Positions 24,678 through 34,749 of a DNA stretch of 64,000 nucleotides are shown in pieces. Position 1 is the stretch's first letter. Every line of letters starts with the position of its first letter. The notes under the pieces are model-generated. The model saw only the letters and a program-made list of their open reading frames with translations, was not told where the DNA came from and did no database searches. The position numbers were made by a program, and so were the translations under genes. Source of the DNA: Clostridia bacterium (GTDB taxonomy: Bacteria; Bacillota; Clostridia; Oscillospirales; CAG-272); assembly GCA_017452525.1 (NCBI GenBank), contig JAFTMG010000006.1, positions 45,790 through 109,789 of the forward strand, written 5' to 3'.

Positions 24678-27212
24678 TTATTTTGCGTCAAACCAATTGT
24701 CTCCCATGGCGGTTCCCACATCCAGCGGAACGGACAGCGCAACGGCGTGCTCCATCTCCTCACGAAGCAATGCCAGAGCCTCTTCCGCCTGATCGCGGCG
24801 GACCTCTACCAAAAGCTCGTCATGCACCTGCAGGATCAAACGCGCATCCAAGCCGGACTCGCTCAGCCTGCGGTGAACGTGGATCATTGCCAGCTTGATG
24901 ATATCCGCGGCAGTTCCCTGGATCGGGCTGTTCATGGCGATACGTTCCCCTGCCGCCTTTTGCATCTTATTTGCCACGGCAAGTTCGGGGATATAGCGAC
25001 GGCGACCGAAAATGGTGGTCACGTAGCCTTTCTCATGCGCCAGCTTCACGATATCCTTCAGATAACGATCCACGTTGGGATAGCTGTGCAGATAGTTGGC
25101 AATATACTCCTTCGCCTCCGCACGGGAAATATGCAGATCCTGAGAAAGCGAGAAATCGCCCATGCCGTAAAGGATGCCGAAATTGACCGCTTTGGCGCGC
25201 TTGCGCATTTCGATCGTCACATCGTCGGGTGCCACACCAAACACGGTGGCAGCCGTGGAGGTATGGATATCCGCCCCGCTGACAAAGGCATGCCGCATCG
25301 CTTCATCGTCGGAAATGTGCGCCAGCAGACGCAGCTCGATCTGCGAATAGTCGGCGTCGATCAGCATATAATTTTCGTCCTTCGGAATAAAGAAGCGGCG
25401 CAGCTCTCTGCCCATTTCGGTTCGGATCGGAATATTCTGCAAATTTGGCTCCGCAGAGGACAGTCTGCCCGTAGCGGTACCCGTCTGGCGGAATTCGGTA
25501 TGGATCCTGCCGTCCTCTCCCGCTACCTTCAGAAGCCCTTCCACGTAGGTGCTCTTCAGCTTAGTCACCTGACGGTAGTCCAGAATGTCATCGATGATCG
25601 GGTGATAGGGGCGCAGTCGGTCCAGCACCTCCGCATTGGTGGAGTATCCGCTCTTGGTCTTCTTGGCGGCGGGCAGTCCGAGGCGCTCAAACAGGATCTC
25701 GGCAAGCTGCTTGGGAGACTTGATATTGAACTCGGTTCCCGCGGCAAAATAGATGCGGCTCTCCAGCTCCTTCGCCAGCACATCCAATGCCTCTCCGTAT
25801 TTGGCAATGCCTTGGCAGTCGATCTTAAAGCCGATCATTTCCATATCCGCCAAAACCGCCGCAAGAGGCATCTCGATCTCACGGAGCAGGCGCATCTGGT
25901 CGGTCTGCTCCAGCTTCTCACAGATCGGTGCACGAAGCGCCCACACATACTGTACCAAGGGCACCTCTTCTCGGTAGACCTCACCCAAATAGCCTAAAAC
26001 CAAGGCAGGCAAATCGAATTTGGAGGTGGCATCCACCGCATAGGCACCAAGCATCACGTCAAGGTCACAGCGGAAGAAGGTGATCCCTCGCGCCGCCAGA
26101 CGCTGATAGAGCGTTTTACAGTCATAGCAGATAAAACATACTGACGGATCGTTCAAAAAGGCTTGCAGCGCCTCTTTGCCGTCACGGCAGGCATAGATAC
26201 ACTCACCGTTGCAAAGCAACAAGCCATCCTCACAAAGCGCCAAGGACCACGTATCCGCAACCGGAAGCTCGGCGACGCCGCACAAGACCGTAGGCAATGC
26301 GGCACGGCTCTGAGAGGAAGTGCCATCCTCCTGAGCGATCTCCTCGTCCCGATCCAGCTCATATCGCTTCAAAAAGCCCGAAAATTCCAATTCGGTGAAC
26401 AGTGCCCGCGCGAGGGGGCGATCCATGCCGCCGTAGGCAATATCCTCCAAGGATTTTTCCAGCGGCACGGTACGGCAGATGCGCGCCAACTCACGGGAAA
26501 GCATGGCGCTCTCCCGCCCGTTTTCCAGCTTGGTTCTGACACCGCGGGTGATATCGGCGCTTTCCAGCTGCTCGTATACCGCATCCAAAGAGCCGAAGCG
26601 GGCAATCAACGAAAAGCCCGTTTTCTCTCCAATACCCGGCACACCGGGAATATGGTCAGAGCTATCTCCCATCAACGCCTTAACGTCCACGTATTGATCT
26701 GCCCGCACACCGTATTTCTCCAAAAAAGCAGCCCCGTCAAAAAGCACGGTGTCGGCATTTCCCGCCAGCAGGACCTTTACACGGTCACCGATCAACTGCA
26801 AGGAATCCCGGTCGCCCGTCAGGATATACGCCTCCAGATTCTCATCGGTCGCGGTCATTTCGGCAAGCGTACCCAGAATATCGTCCGCCTCGTAGCCTTC
26901 CATCTCCAGCACAGTCAATCCCATTGCCTCTGCCATCCGCTTGGCATAGGGCATCTGCATCCGAAGCTCCTCCGGCATCGGCTTTCGTCCCGCCTTGTAT
27001 TCATCGTACATTTTATGGCGGAAGGTCGGCGCATGAAGATCAAACGCGATCGCCGCATAATCGGGAGAAAGCGCGTCAAGCTGCTTCTGAATAATATTCA
27101 CCATACCAAACAAAGCATTGGTACAAAGACCCTGCTTGTTCGTCAGGATCCGAATTCCGTAAAAAGCGCGGTTGAGTATACTGTTGCCGTCAATGACCAA
27201 CATTTTTTTCAT
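24678..27212 (-). CDS. polA: DNA polymerase I
   Basis: 5'-3' exonuclease N-terminus plus a family A polymerase domain. 844 aa. Confidence 0.9.
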   Translation of the reverse strand: MKKMLVIDGNSILNRAFYGIRILTNKQGLCTNALFGMVNIIQKQLDALSPDYAAIAFDLHAPTFRHKMYDEYKAGRKPMPEELRMQMPYAKRMAEAMGLTVLEMEGYEADDILGTLAEMTATDENLEAYILTGDRDSLQLIGDRVKVLLAGNADTVLFDGAAFLEKYGVRADQYVDVKALMGDSSDHIPGVPGIGEKTGFSLIARFGSLDAVYEQLESADITRGVRTKLENGRESAMLSRELARICRTVPLEKSLEDIAYGGMDRPLARALFTELEFSGFLKRYELDRDEEIAQEDGTSSQSRAALPTVLCGVAELPVADTWSLALCEDGLLLCNGECIYACRDGKEALQAFLNDPSVCFICYDCKTLYQRLAARGITFFRCDLDVMLGAYAVDATSKFDLPALVLGYLGEVYREEVPLVQYVWALRAPICEKLEQTDQMRLLREIEMPLAAVLADMEMIGFKIDCQGIAKYGEALDVLAKELESRIYFAAGTEFNIKSPKQLAEILFERLGLPAAKKTKSGYSTNAEVLDRLRPYHPIIDDILDYRQVTKLKSTYVEGLLKVAGEDGRIHTEFRQTGTATGRLSSAEPNLQNIPIRTEMGRELRRFFIPKDENYMLIDADYSQIELRLLAHISDDEAMRHAFVSGADIHTSTAATVFGVAPDDVTIEMRKRAKAVNFGILYGMGDFSLSQDLHISRAEAKEYIANYLHSYPNVDRYLKDIVKLAHEKGYVTTIFGRRRYIPELAVANKMQKAAGERIAMNSPIQGTAADIIKLAMIHVHRRLSESGLDARLILQVHDELLVEVRRDQAEEALALLREEMEHAVALSVPLDVGTAMGDNWFDAK

Positions 27213-27253
27213 AAGGGCGATCCGCCTTTCTCACATGAAGTTTCACTTGAATT

Positions 27254-27282
27254 ATTTTATCATACCCACACACGGTTGTCAA
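27254..27282 (-). promoter_or_regulatory. polA promoter
   Basis: Minus strand: TTGACA, 17-nt spacer, TAAAAT. GAAAGG RBS before the ATG. Confidence 0.55.
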
Positions 27283-27295
27283 TAATACGGCACGA

Positions 27296-27335
27296 TAAAA
27301 AATGCCGACCCGCATGTGGCAGATCGGCATTTTTA
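27296..27335 (-). terminator. bidirectional intrinsic terminator downstream of rubredoxin
   Basis: ATGCCGACC ... GATCGGCAT flanked by an A-tract and a T-tract. Confidence 0.65.
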
Positions 27336-27353
27336 TATGGATTACAGCTCCAC

Positions 27354-27530
27354 TTAATCGTAGGACTTATCTTTTTTGACCACTTCGAAGTTCTCTTTGG
27401 TCGCGCCGCACAGCGGGCATACCCAATCCTCAGGCAGATCTTCAAAATCTGTTCTGGGAGCGATGCCGTTATCCGGATCACCCTGCTTCGAATTGTACTC
27501 ATATCCGCAAAGTTCGCATGCAAAAATCAT
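27354..27530 (-). CDS. rubredoxin
   Basis: CxxCG ... CPxCG iron-binding pairs (CELCGY, CPLCGA). 58 aa. Start at the internal ATG with GGGAGGG 8 nt upstream. Confidence 0.8.
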   Translation of the reverse strand: MIFACELCGYEYNSKQGDPDNGIAPRTDFEDLPEDWVCPLCGATKENFEVVKKDKSYD

Positions 27531-27716
27531 TCTTTTGTCCCTCCCTTGCAAGGTATTTTGCAAATATATCATAATCCATATCAAGGAAAAAGTCAAGAAG
27601 AATTTTATCTGTATTTTGCATAATTTCTCACAGAGGATACACGGCTTTATTTATTCGTATATAACAAAGCAATCGTCAGGAATGACAATACGCCGTCATA
27701 TCCCTGCACATTTTGG

Positions 27717-28841
27717 TCATTCACGGTAGATCAGCCACGGATCCGTGCTTTGGCGGAAAGCGGATAGATCGTCCCGATTTCTTCGCAGAAACGCCTCGAT
27801 ATCCATCTCACCCAGCAAAAAATCACTGCCGAACCGAAGCCCAAGACCGTCCGGACGCGCCTCAAATCCGGGATACGTGCGCATATGCCGATAGAGATAC
27901 AACATCGTTTCGATGGGGCGGTAGCTGTTTCGATCCGTAATATGCAACTCCACACCCTCACACACGGTCCCCGCATGCTTTTGGAACATGGGCGTAAACC
28001 ATGCTCTGCGGAAGACCACACCCGGCAGACGGTAGGACTGCATCTCATCGCAAAGGCGCTTGGAATCCACAAAGGGAGCCCCGACCAGATCAAAGGGACG
28101 TGTCGTTCCCCGCCCTTCGGAAATATTGGTTGCCTCAAAGATACAGGTACCAATATAGTTGATGGCGGCATTCACAGACGGAATGTTGGGAGAGGGATTC
28201 ACAAAAAGCAGGTCGGTCTCATCTCCGTAAAGCGCACGCTTCCAGCCCTCGCAAGGAACGACCTGCAGAGGGCAAGACATACGGTAGGTGGCGTTGATAT
28301 AGGAGGCAAACTCTCCAACGGTCAACCCGTACCTTGTCGGTATCGCGTATTCGCCGATTCCTGAGCGGTAACGTGTTTCATCCAATATTTCGCCCTCGAT
28401 CAGCGCACCGCCGATGGGATTGATGCGATCCAGAACGATCAAAGGAACTGCCGCGTCGGCACACGCCTGCATCATATGCGTCAGATTGTAAAGATAGGTA
28501 TAAAAGCGGGCACCAACGTCCTGAATGTCATATACCACAACGTCCAATTCTGCCAAAACCTCGGGCAGGCGACCGTAGGTCCGTCCGTTCAGCGTCATCA
28601 GCCGCGCACCGGTTTCTTCATCCCGTGCGTCCTCCGCCCACAATCCGTCCTGCATATTGGAGCGGATCCCGTGCTCGGGAGCAAAAAGGACCTCAAGACG
28701 ACCGTATCGGGCGACTCGCGCGTAGGTGGGTATGCCCGCCCGATCTACGCCGGAGGCGGCGGTCATCAGACCGACCCGCTTCCCCTTGAACAAATGCGCA
28801 AAGGAGTCCAGGCGGTCAACGCCGTTGAGCACACGTACCAT
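27717..28841 (-). CDS. DUF1343 family protein, exo-beta-N-acetylmuramidase NamZ-like
   Basis: 374 aa. Sequence character is typical of YbbC/NamZ (DUF1343). Confidence 0.7.
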   Translation of the reverse strand: MVRVLNGVDRLDSFAHLFKGKRVGLMTAASGVDRAGIPTYARVARYGRLEVLFAPEHGIRSNMQDGLWAEDARDEETGARLMTLNGRTYGRLPEVLAELDVVVYDIQDVGARFYTYLYNLTHMMQACADAAVPLIVLDRINPIGGALIEGEILDETRYRSGIGEYAIPTRYGLTVGEFASYINATYRMSCPLQVVPCEGWKRALYGDETDLLFVNPSPNIPSVNAAINYIGTCIFEATNISEGRGTTRPFDLVGAPFVDSKRLCDEMQSYRLPGVVFRRAWFTPMFQKHAGTVCEGVELHITDRNSYRPIETMLYLYRHMRTYPGFEARPDGLGLRFGSDFLLGEMDIEAFLRRNRDDLSAFRQSTDPWLIYRE

Positions 28842-28847
28842 ATCCCG

Positions 28848-29489
28848 TTATTTGTTTCCCTCCATGGCGATTTTTGCCATGGCGGCGATCATCTGTGCCG
28901 TCTTTTCCACACCGAGCACGCTGCTGTTAAAGGAGGCGTGATAGTTCTCAAAGGCACCCCACTTGCGTCCCGTATAGAAATTGTAATAATTAATGCGGCG
29001 CTTATCCGTCTTTTTGATCATATCCCGCGCCTCGTGTTCGGACACCTGATTCAGCTCCGAAATACGGCGAACACGGCAATCCAGATCCGCATAAATAAAA
29101 ATACTCAGGCGGTTGTCATAATTGCGGAGAACATAGTCGCCGCAACGGCCGATCACCACGCAGTCATTTTCCTCCACCAGGCCCTTGATCACGTCGGATT
29201 GGGTGATGAACAGCTTGTCGTTGATGGGCATATCCGTGCTGAAATTTGCCGTGGTGAAGGCGCCGCTTCCCATTGCCAGCGTATACAGCAAGCTGTTGGT
29301 CACCTGCTCGTCGGCATGATGTGCTACATTGGCGTTCAAGCCGCTCTTTTGCGCTGCCATCGTGATCAGCTCTTTATCGTAGGATTTGATACCCAGGATC
29401 TCCGCAACACGCTGACCGATCTCGCGTCCGCCGCTGCCGTACTGTCTCGCAATTGTGATAACAAACTTTTCACTCATATTCTGTTCCAT
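28848..29489 (-). CDS. cytidylate-kinase-like family P-loop protein (Cytidylate_kin2)
   Basis: N-terminal ITIARQYGSGGREIG P-loop typical of this family. 6 nt upstream of NamZ. Confidence 0.65.
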   Translation of the reverse strand: MEQNMSEKFVITIARQYGSGGREIGQRVAEILGIKSYDKELITMAAQKSGLNANVAHHADEQVTNSLLYTLAMGSGAFTTANFSTDMPINDKLFITQSDVIKGLVEENDCVVIGRCGDYVLRNYDNRLSIFIYADLDCRVRRISELNQVSEHEARDMIKKTDKRRINYYNFYTGRKWGAFENYHASFNSSVLGVEKTAQMIAAMAKIAMEGNK

Positions 29490-29681
29490 CCTTTCCTTTT
29501 GAGGATCGTCTTGAAATTTGTCATTATTATATCACAACCCCTTTGGTTTGTAAAGTGTTTTTGTGAATTCAGCCATATTTTTTCTTTCGGTCTATCCCGC
29601 TTTTTTTCAACATAGGATAAACAAAACGGACATGAAGCGAATATATGTGCGGAGATTCGGAGAGGAGTGCGATAGAGGAAT

Positions 29682-31250
29682 ATGAAAAAGCTACATCAAT
29701 TTTTGATCAACGCCATCCTGCTCAGCGGCGTGGCATTGCTGATGAGATCGGTAGGTGTGATCTTTCAGGTGTATATCGCCAATCGTGTCGGAGCGGAGGC
29801 TCTCGGTCTGTACGGCCTTTTCTCGGGCGTATACGGCTTTTCGATCACCTTCGCTACCTCGGGCATCCATCTCGCCGCCACAAGATTGACCGCCGAGGCG
29901 CTGGATAACTCCCAAGCACCCTACGGTATTCGCAAGGGCATGCAAAAATGCTTTCTTTACAGTCTGTGCTTCGGCTCCTGTGCCGCCATCGGTCTATATT
30001 CTCTCGCGCCGATCTTATCGCTCCGTCTTCTGGATGAGATCCGCGTGCTTCGACCTTTGAGGATCCTTGCCTTTGCGCTTCTTCCAATCTCTCTTTCCTC
30101 CGCCATGAACGGCTATTTCACCGCCTGCCGCCGTGTCTATAAAAACGCGGTCGCGCAGGTCTTTGAGCAAGCGGTACGCATCGGTGCCACGGTTGCCGTG
30201 CTTGGTCTGCTCTGCCGTGATCCCGATCCGGAAAAGGCGTGCATCTCGCTGGTGATCGGAAGTACGGTGGCGGAAATATCCTCCTTCCTGCTCTCGTTGG
30301 TTCTGTACTGCGTCGATATACACCGCCAAGCCAAGATACCGACACACAGTAACTTTTCTGTCACACGAAAATTATGCGGCATTGCCATGCCGGTGGCATT
30401 CAGCTCCTACATTCGCTCGGGACTTTTGACGCTGGAGCATGCGCTGATCCCGCAGGGGCTTCGAAAAAGCGGCGCCTCCCGAGAGGACGCGCTGAAATCC
30501 TACGGAATATTGAACAGCATGGTCTTTCCCGTCATCCTCTTCCCCACCGCGCTGATCGGCTCTTTTTCCGGCTTACTCGTGCCCGAGCTCGCCGAATGCC
30601 GCGCCAAAAACAATCGCCGCGAGATCTCCTATATCGCAGAACGCGTATACTCGCTGGCACTATGGTTTTCCATTGGCACCGCCGCAGTCCTTTGCTGCTT
30701 CGCGGAGGAATTCGGCGCCGTCATTTACAACAACGCGCAGGCGGCACGTTACATACGTCTGCTCTCTCCGTTGATTCCGGTAATGTATCTCGATACCACC
30801 ACCGACGCCATGCTCAAGGGGCTGGGACAGCAGGTCTACTCCATGGCGATCAATATTGCCGACTCTCTCATTTCTGTCATTCTGGTCCTGCTCCTGCTGC
30901 CGAACATGGGGATAGACGGATATGTGCTGACCGTCTATATTGCCGAGCTATTCAACACCACCTGCAGTGTGGTACGGCTTTGGAACGTCAGCGACATGCG
31001 TCCGCATGCTGTCAAATGGGTATTCAAGCCTTTGCTTTGCGCGGTGGGCGCCACTGCCCTTACCTTTTTGACATGCAAGCTCCTACCGGATGCCTCCTTG
31101 ACGGCGGTATCGCGGCTCTGTCTGCACGTTTTGATGACCGTGTGTCTGTATTTTTTGCTTCTGTGCGGGATCCACGCGGTGGAGCGGGAGGAATTCCAAT
31201 GGATCCGAAAGGTCCTGCTTGGCGTATCCAAAAAGGATCCCGCACCGTGA
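29682..31250 (+). CDS. spoVB: stage V sporulation protein B-like MOP-family flippase
   Basis: Polytopic 522-aa protein of the polysaccharide biosynthesis/MviN type. Confidence 0.7.
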   Translation: MKKLHQFLINAILLSGVALLMRSVGVIFQVYIANRVGAEALGLYGLFSGVYGFSITFATSGIHLAATRLTAEALDNSQAPYGIRKGMQKCFLYSLCFGSCAAIGLYSLAPILSLRLLDEIRVLRPLRILAFALLPISLSSAMNGYFTACRRVYKNAVAQVFEQAVRIGATVAVLGLLCRDPDPEKACISLVIGSTVAEISSFLLSLVLYCVDIHRQAKIPTHSNFSVTRKLCGIAMPVAFSSYIRSGLLTLEHALIPQGLRKSGASREDALKSYGILNSMVFPVILFPTALIGSFSGLLVPELAECRAKNNRREISYIAERVYSLALWFSIGTAAVLCCFAEEFGAVIYNNAQAARYIRLLSPLIPVMYLDTTTDAMLKGLGQQVYSMAINIADSLISVILVLLLLPNMGIDGYVLTVYIAELFNTTCSVVRLWNVSDMRPHAVKWVFKPLLCAVGATALTFLTCKLLPDASLTAVSRLCLHVLMTVCLYFLLLCGIHAVEREEFQWIRKVLLGVSKKDPAP

Positions 31251-31273
31251 AAACAGTGCGGGATCCTCATGAT

Positions 31274-32734
31274 TTATTTTGCCTCGGAATCCGAAGCATC
31301 GCCGGACTCGGGCAATGCCTTCTCGGTACCGAGATACTCGGGCAGCTTCATGCCTGCCATATCGAAGATCTCCTGCATGGGAGGAACGGACTTCATCAGA
31401 CCGGATACGAAATTCGCGGTGGCGTTCTTTCCGTCGGGGGAGGAGGAGCCGTTGTCCCAAACCGTGATCTTGTCGATCTTCAGGTTGGCAATGGCGTCCA
31501 CCTGAATGCGGGTCAGCTCTTCCAGCTTGTCGGCGATCATAAGACGGATCGCATCGTTGGACTCGCCGCCTGCCGCCTGTACGATCTGCGCAAAACCGTC
31601 TGCCTGCTTGGTCAGCATCTCACGCATACCTTCTGCGTTCGCCTGCATCTTCATCAAGATCGCGTCTGCCTCACCCTTTGCCTCGCGGCGGATCTGCTCT
31701 GCCTTCGCCTCTGCCTGGATCTCCTGCTCCTTCTTCTGGATCTCAGCCTTTACGATGATATCGGCCTCCAGCTTTGCCTTTTCCAGATTGGCTCTTGCCT
31801 GCTCTGCCGCTTGCTGAGCCGCGTAGGATGCCTCCAGCGCGCGAGCTGCCTGGATCTTCTCTGCCGCGGTCGCACGGCGCTGTGCGTCCGCCTCATGCTC
31901 ACGCAGGGTTGCCTCGGACTCAGCGATCTGGATCTTGGATTCATTCTCACCCTTGATCGCCTCGGAATTGGTCTGAGACACACGTACACGCTGTGCCATC
32001 TCTGCCTCGGAAGCACCGATCGCACCGTCGCGGTCAGCCTGTGCTACGCTGATCTTTGCATCGTTGATCGCCTTAGCGGCTGCTTCTTTACCAAGCGCGG
32101 CGATATATCCGCTCTCGTCATTGATATCGGTTACGTTTACGTTCAGCAAGCGAAGACCGATCTTTTTCAATTCGGTCTCCACGTTACGGGAAACAGCTTC
32201 CAGGAACTTATCGCGGTCGGTGTTGATCTCCTCAATTTCCATGGTCGCGATAACCAGACGCAACTGACCGAAGATGATATCCTTCGCCAGATCCTGGATC
32301 TCTACCATCTTCAGACCGAGCAGACGCTCTGCCGCGTTCTGCATAACACCCGGCTCGGTGGAGATACCTACCGTAAAGCTGGAAGGAACGTCCACACGGA
32401 TGTGCTGACGGGAAAGCGCGTTGGTCAGGTTGACGCTGATGGACATCGGCGTCAGATCCATATATTCGTAGGACTGGAACACCGGTACTACAAATGCCGC
32501 GCCGCCGTGGATACACTTAGCGGTTCGCATGGTGCCGTCATGATTACTGCCAACCTTACCGTAGATAACCATGATCTTATCGGAGGGACACTTCTTATAG
32601 CGGGATACGATCAGGATCAGAGTGCTGAACAGGAGCAGCGCCACCACACAGACCAGGACCACGATCACAGGAGAAAGGGCTCCTGCAACCTCTTGTGTCA
32701 ACGCAGTTGTCACATTCAAGTTTTTCATACGCAA
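31274..32734 (-). CDS. flotillin-like SPFH (band 7) protein
   Basis: N-terminal TM, SPFH core and a long Ala/Glu-rich coiled coil (EA repeats) typical of FloT/YuaG. Confidence 0.8.
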   Translation of the reverse strand: MRMKNLNVTTALTQEVAGALSPVIVVLVCVVALLLFSTLILIVSRYKKCPSDKIMVIYGKVGSNHDGTMRTAKCIHGGAAFVVPVFQSYEYMDLTPMSISVNLTNALSRQHIRVDVPSSFTVGISTEPGVMQNAAERLLGLKMVEIQDLAKDIIFGQLRLVIATMEIEEINTDRDKFLEAVSRNVETELKKIGLRLLNVNVTDINDESGYIAALGKEAAAKAINDAKISVAQADRDGAIGASEAEMAQRVRVSQTNSEAIKGENESKIQIAESEATLREHEADAQRRATAAEKIQAARALEASYAAQQAAEQARANLEKAKLEADIIVKAEIQKKEQEIQAEAKAEQIRREAKGEADAILMKMQANAEGMREMLTKQADGFAQIVQAAGGESNDAIRLMIADKLEELTRIQVDAIANLKIDKITVWDNGSSSPDGKNATANFVSGLMKSVPPMQEIFDMAGMKLPEYLGTEKALPESGDASDSEAK

Positions 32735-32767
32735 ATTCCTTTCTTAGGTATAAATTATATCACAGGC

Positions 32768-33478
32768 TCACGCATCGTGAACCTTTTTGATCTTCGCATT
32801 GATGTCAGCAACCAACTCGTCAGTCTGCGCATCGGCGCGCATCTGTACGTTCAGAATACAGTTGCCGTCAATGTCATATACCCCCATCGTGGTCAGATGC
32901 CACTGCGCAACAGCCTCGCCCAGCGCAACATGAGACAGCTCGTCATAGGATAGCTTCAACAAGGTAGCGTCGGGGCTCTCGTCGCCGATCAGCGAAAAAT
33001 TCTGAACACCGAAACCGATGTAGTCTTCTTCCTTCAGAATACCAACGCACTGATACATGGAAGAACGGAACTTACCGTCGCCGCCACGGCGGGTCAACAG
33101 TCCCTCCCCGCTCATCAGATAGCTGGATTCATATACCGGCTCCTTCGGACGGAAACCGCGCAGCTCTGCCTGATGCAGCTTACGGGTATCACGGTAGATA
33201 AACTCCTCCTCAAAAGTCTCCTTGAATTTCGCCTGGACCTCCTTGGCGGCTTCACTCAGCTCGCTATCCTTGATCTGCAGACTGAGCACCAGAAACAGGA
33301 TCGCACCGACAAACATCAGCGCCAATCCAAACGGCGTGAAATGTCCCGGCAAAAGGATAATGATGGCAAAACCGATACATGCCAATGCCACCGCAATGAT
33401 CGTGCTCACGGTATGGGGCTTTTGTGAGAAATATTTTTTAATTCTGTTTGCATCCATAACAATTTTTCCGCATTTCAT
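32768..33478 (-). CDS. hypothetical membrane protein (two N-terminal TM helices)
   Basis: ORF in the nfeD-flotillin operon. Start uncertain. Confidence 0.45.
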   Translation of the reverse strand: MKCGKIVMDANRIKKYFSQKPHTVSTIIAVALACIGFAIIILLPGHFTPFGLALMFVGAILFLVLSLQIKDSELSEAAKEVQAKFKETFEEEFIYRDTRKLHQAELRGFRPKEPVYESSYLMSGEGLLTRRGGDGKFRSSMYQCVGILKEEDYIGFGVQNFSLIGDESPDATLLKLSYDELSHVALGEAVAQWHLTTMGVYDIDGNCILNVQMRADAQTDELVADINAKIKKVHDA

Positions 33479-33520
33479 TCATTTTACGCGGAATTATACC
33501 TTCTTTCAAGAAAATGATTT

Positions 33521-34141
33521 TCAGAAGAAACGTTCTTCTGTTTTTGTGTAGCGGCTTTGCGGGGGCTTGATCAGTGAGGCACCGCAGCCATGGCAATGAT
33601 CGGTATCCGTCAACTCCACACCGCCGCACAGCGAGCACACATAAAGATATCGGTCAGCTCCGTCATTGGATTCGGGATACGGAAGACCGCTGTGGTGAAC
33701 GATCTGATCTCCGACGTGATAATAGCGATCAAAATTTTTCTTTCGCGCGATCACGATCTTATGTCGGTGACCGTTTGTTTCCTCGACCCACAACAGCATC
33801 TGCTCTGCCAAAACGGATTTTCCTCCGCGGTTTCCGAGCAGATCGGTATTCATTACACGGCGAAAAACGATCTGACGGATCACGCCGACGTAACTCCGAT
33901 CCACCATCATACGTATCCAGCCGAAGAGAAACAGTCCGGCAACCAACAGCGCGCTCAATACCAGAGAAAAACGGTAGTCAAAGGTCATATCCGTTCTGCT
34001 GTGATAATAGAAGAATACAGCCAACCAGAAAACTTCCCAGCCGAGGGTCTGCAACCATATTCTGATCCGCTTTTTGCGTACAAATGTCCGAAGATCCGCA
34101 TTCTCCCGCGGGATCGTTAACGGCTCTTCCCGACGGCTCAT
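33521..34141 (-). CDS. hypothetical membrane protein with a C-terminal zinc-ribbon (CxxC...CxxC)
   Basis: Two TM helices, a soluble middle domain and CSLCGG...CHGCG. Its ATG overlaps the NfeD stop (ATGA). Confidence 0.5.
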   Translation of the reverse strand: MSRREEPLTIPRENADLRTFVRKKRIRIWLQTLGWEVFWLAVFFYYHSRTDMTFDYRFSLVLSALLVAGLFLFGWIRMMVDRSYVGVIRQIVFRRVMNTDLLGNRGGKSVLAEQMLLWVEETNGHRHKIVIARKKNFDRYYHVGDQIVHHSGLPYPESNDGADRYLYVCSLCGGVELTDTDHCHGCGASLIKPPQSRYTKTEERFF

Positions 34142-34728
34142 GTCCGATTCAGCGGCTCGACCACAAGCACGCCGCCTTCGCCCACCGCCGTTACGCGGAC
34201 ATAGGTTCCGGTCGCAAGCACGGTATCGCTCAATGCAATCGCATCACATTCGGTCAGCCTTTCCTGCACGGTAATGGTGACCTTACCGCCTGCCTTACCG
34301 TCGGCGGGAATGGGAATATACACCTGACCTACCTTGCCGATGGCATTTCCCAGATCGATATTGCCGGAGGATTGCAGTCGGTATATCGCCTTCATCAAGT
34401 ATGCCATCCCGAACAGTGTGGCAACACCGAGCAAGAACGCGATCAGAATAGAAACTCCCTTGGGGAGTGCGGTCTCAAGCAGCGCCACACCGCTCCAGCC
34501 CATGATACAGAGCATGGCAACGATGCCGCGGATTGAGAACAGCCCCAGCCCGCCGTCATCGGTGTCGCCATCCATGTTATCGTCGGCATCCACGTCGGCA
34601 CCGTCTCCGCCGTCACCAAATCCGATCAGGACCATAATGGTCTGTATCAGAAGTATCAAGGTAGACGGGATGGCGATCAATGCCAGGACCTGCTGTGCGG
34701 GAACCATGGAATTCCACCAGTTTATCAT
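34138..34728 (-). CDS. NfeD-family membrane protein (flotillin-associated, OB-fold C-terminus)
   Basis: Four TM segments, an acidic loop and a C-terminal GKVTITVQERLTECDAIALS...GTYVRV OB-like domain. Confidence 0.7.
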   Translation of the reverse strand: MINWWNSMVPAQQVLALIAIPSTLILLIQTIMVLIGFGDGGDGADVDADDNMDGDTDDGGLGLFSIRGIVAMLCIMGWSGVALLETALPKGVSILIAFLLGVATLFGMAYLMKAIYRLQSSGNIDLGNAIGKVGQVYIPIPADGKAGGKVTITVQERLTECDAIALSDTVLATGTYVRVTAVGEGGVLVVEPLNRT

Positions 34729-34749
34729 AACTTATTACCTGTCCTTTCC

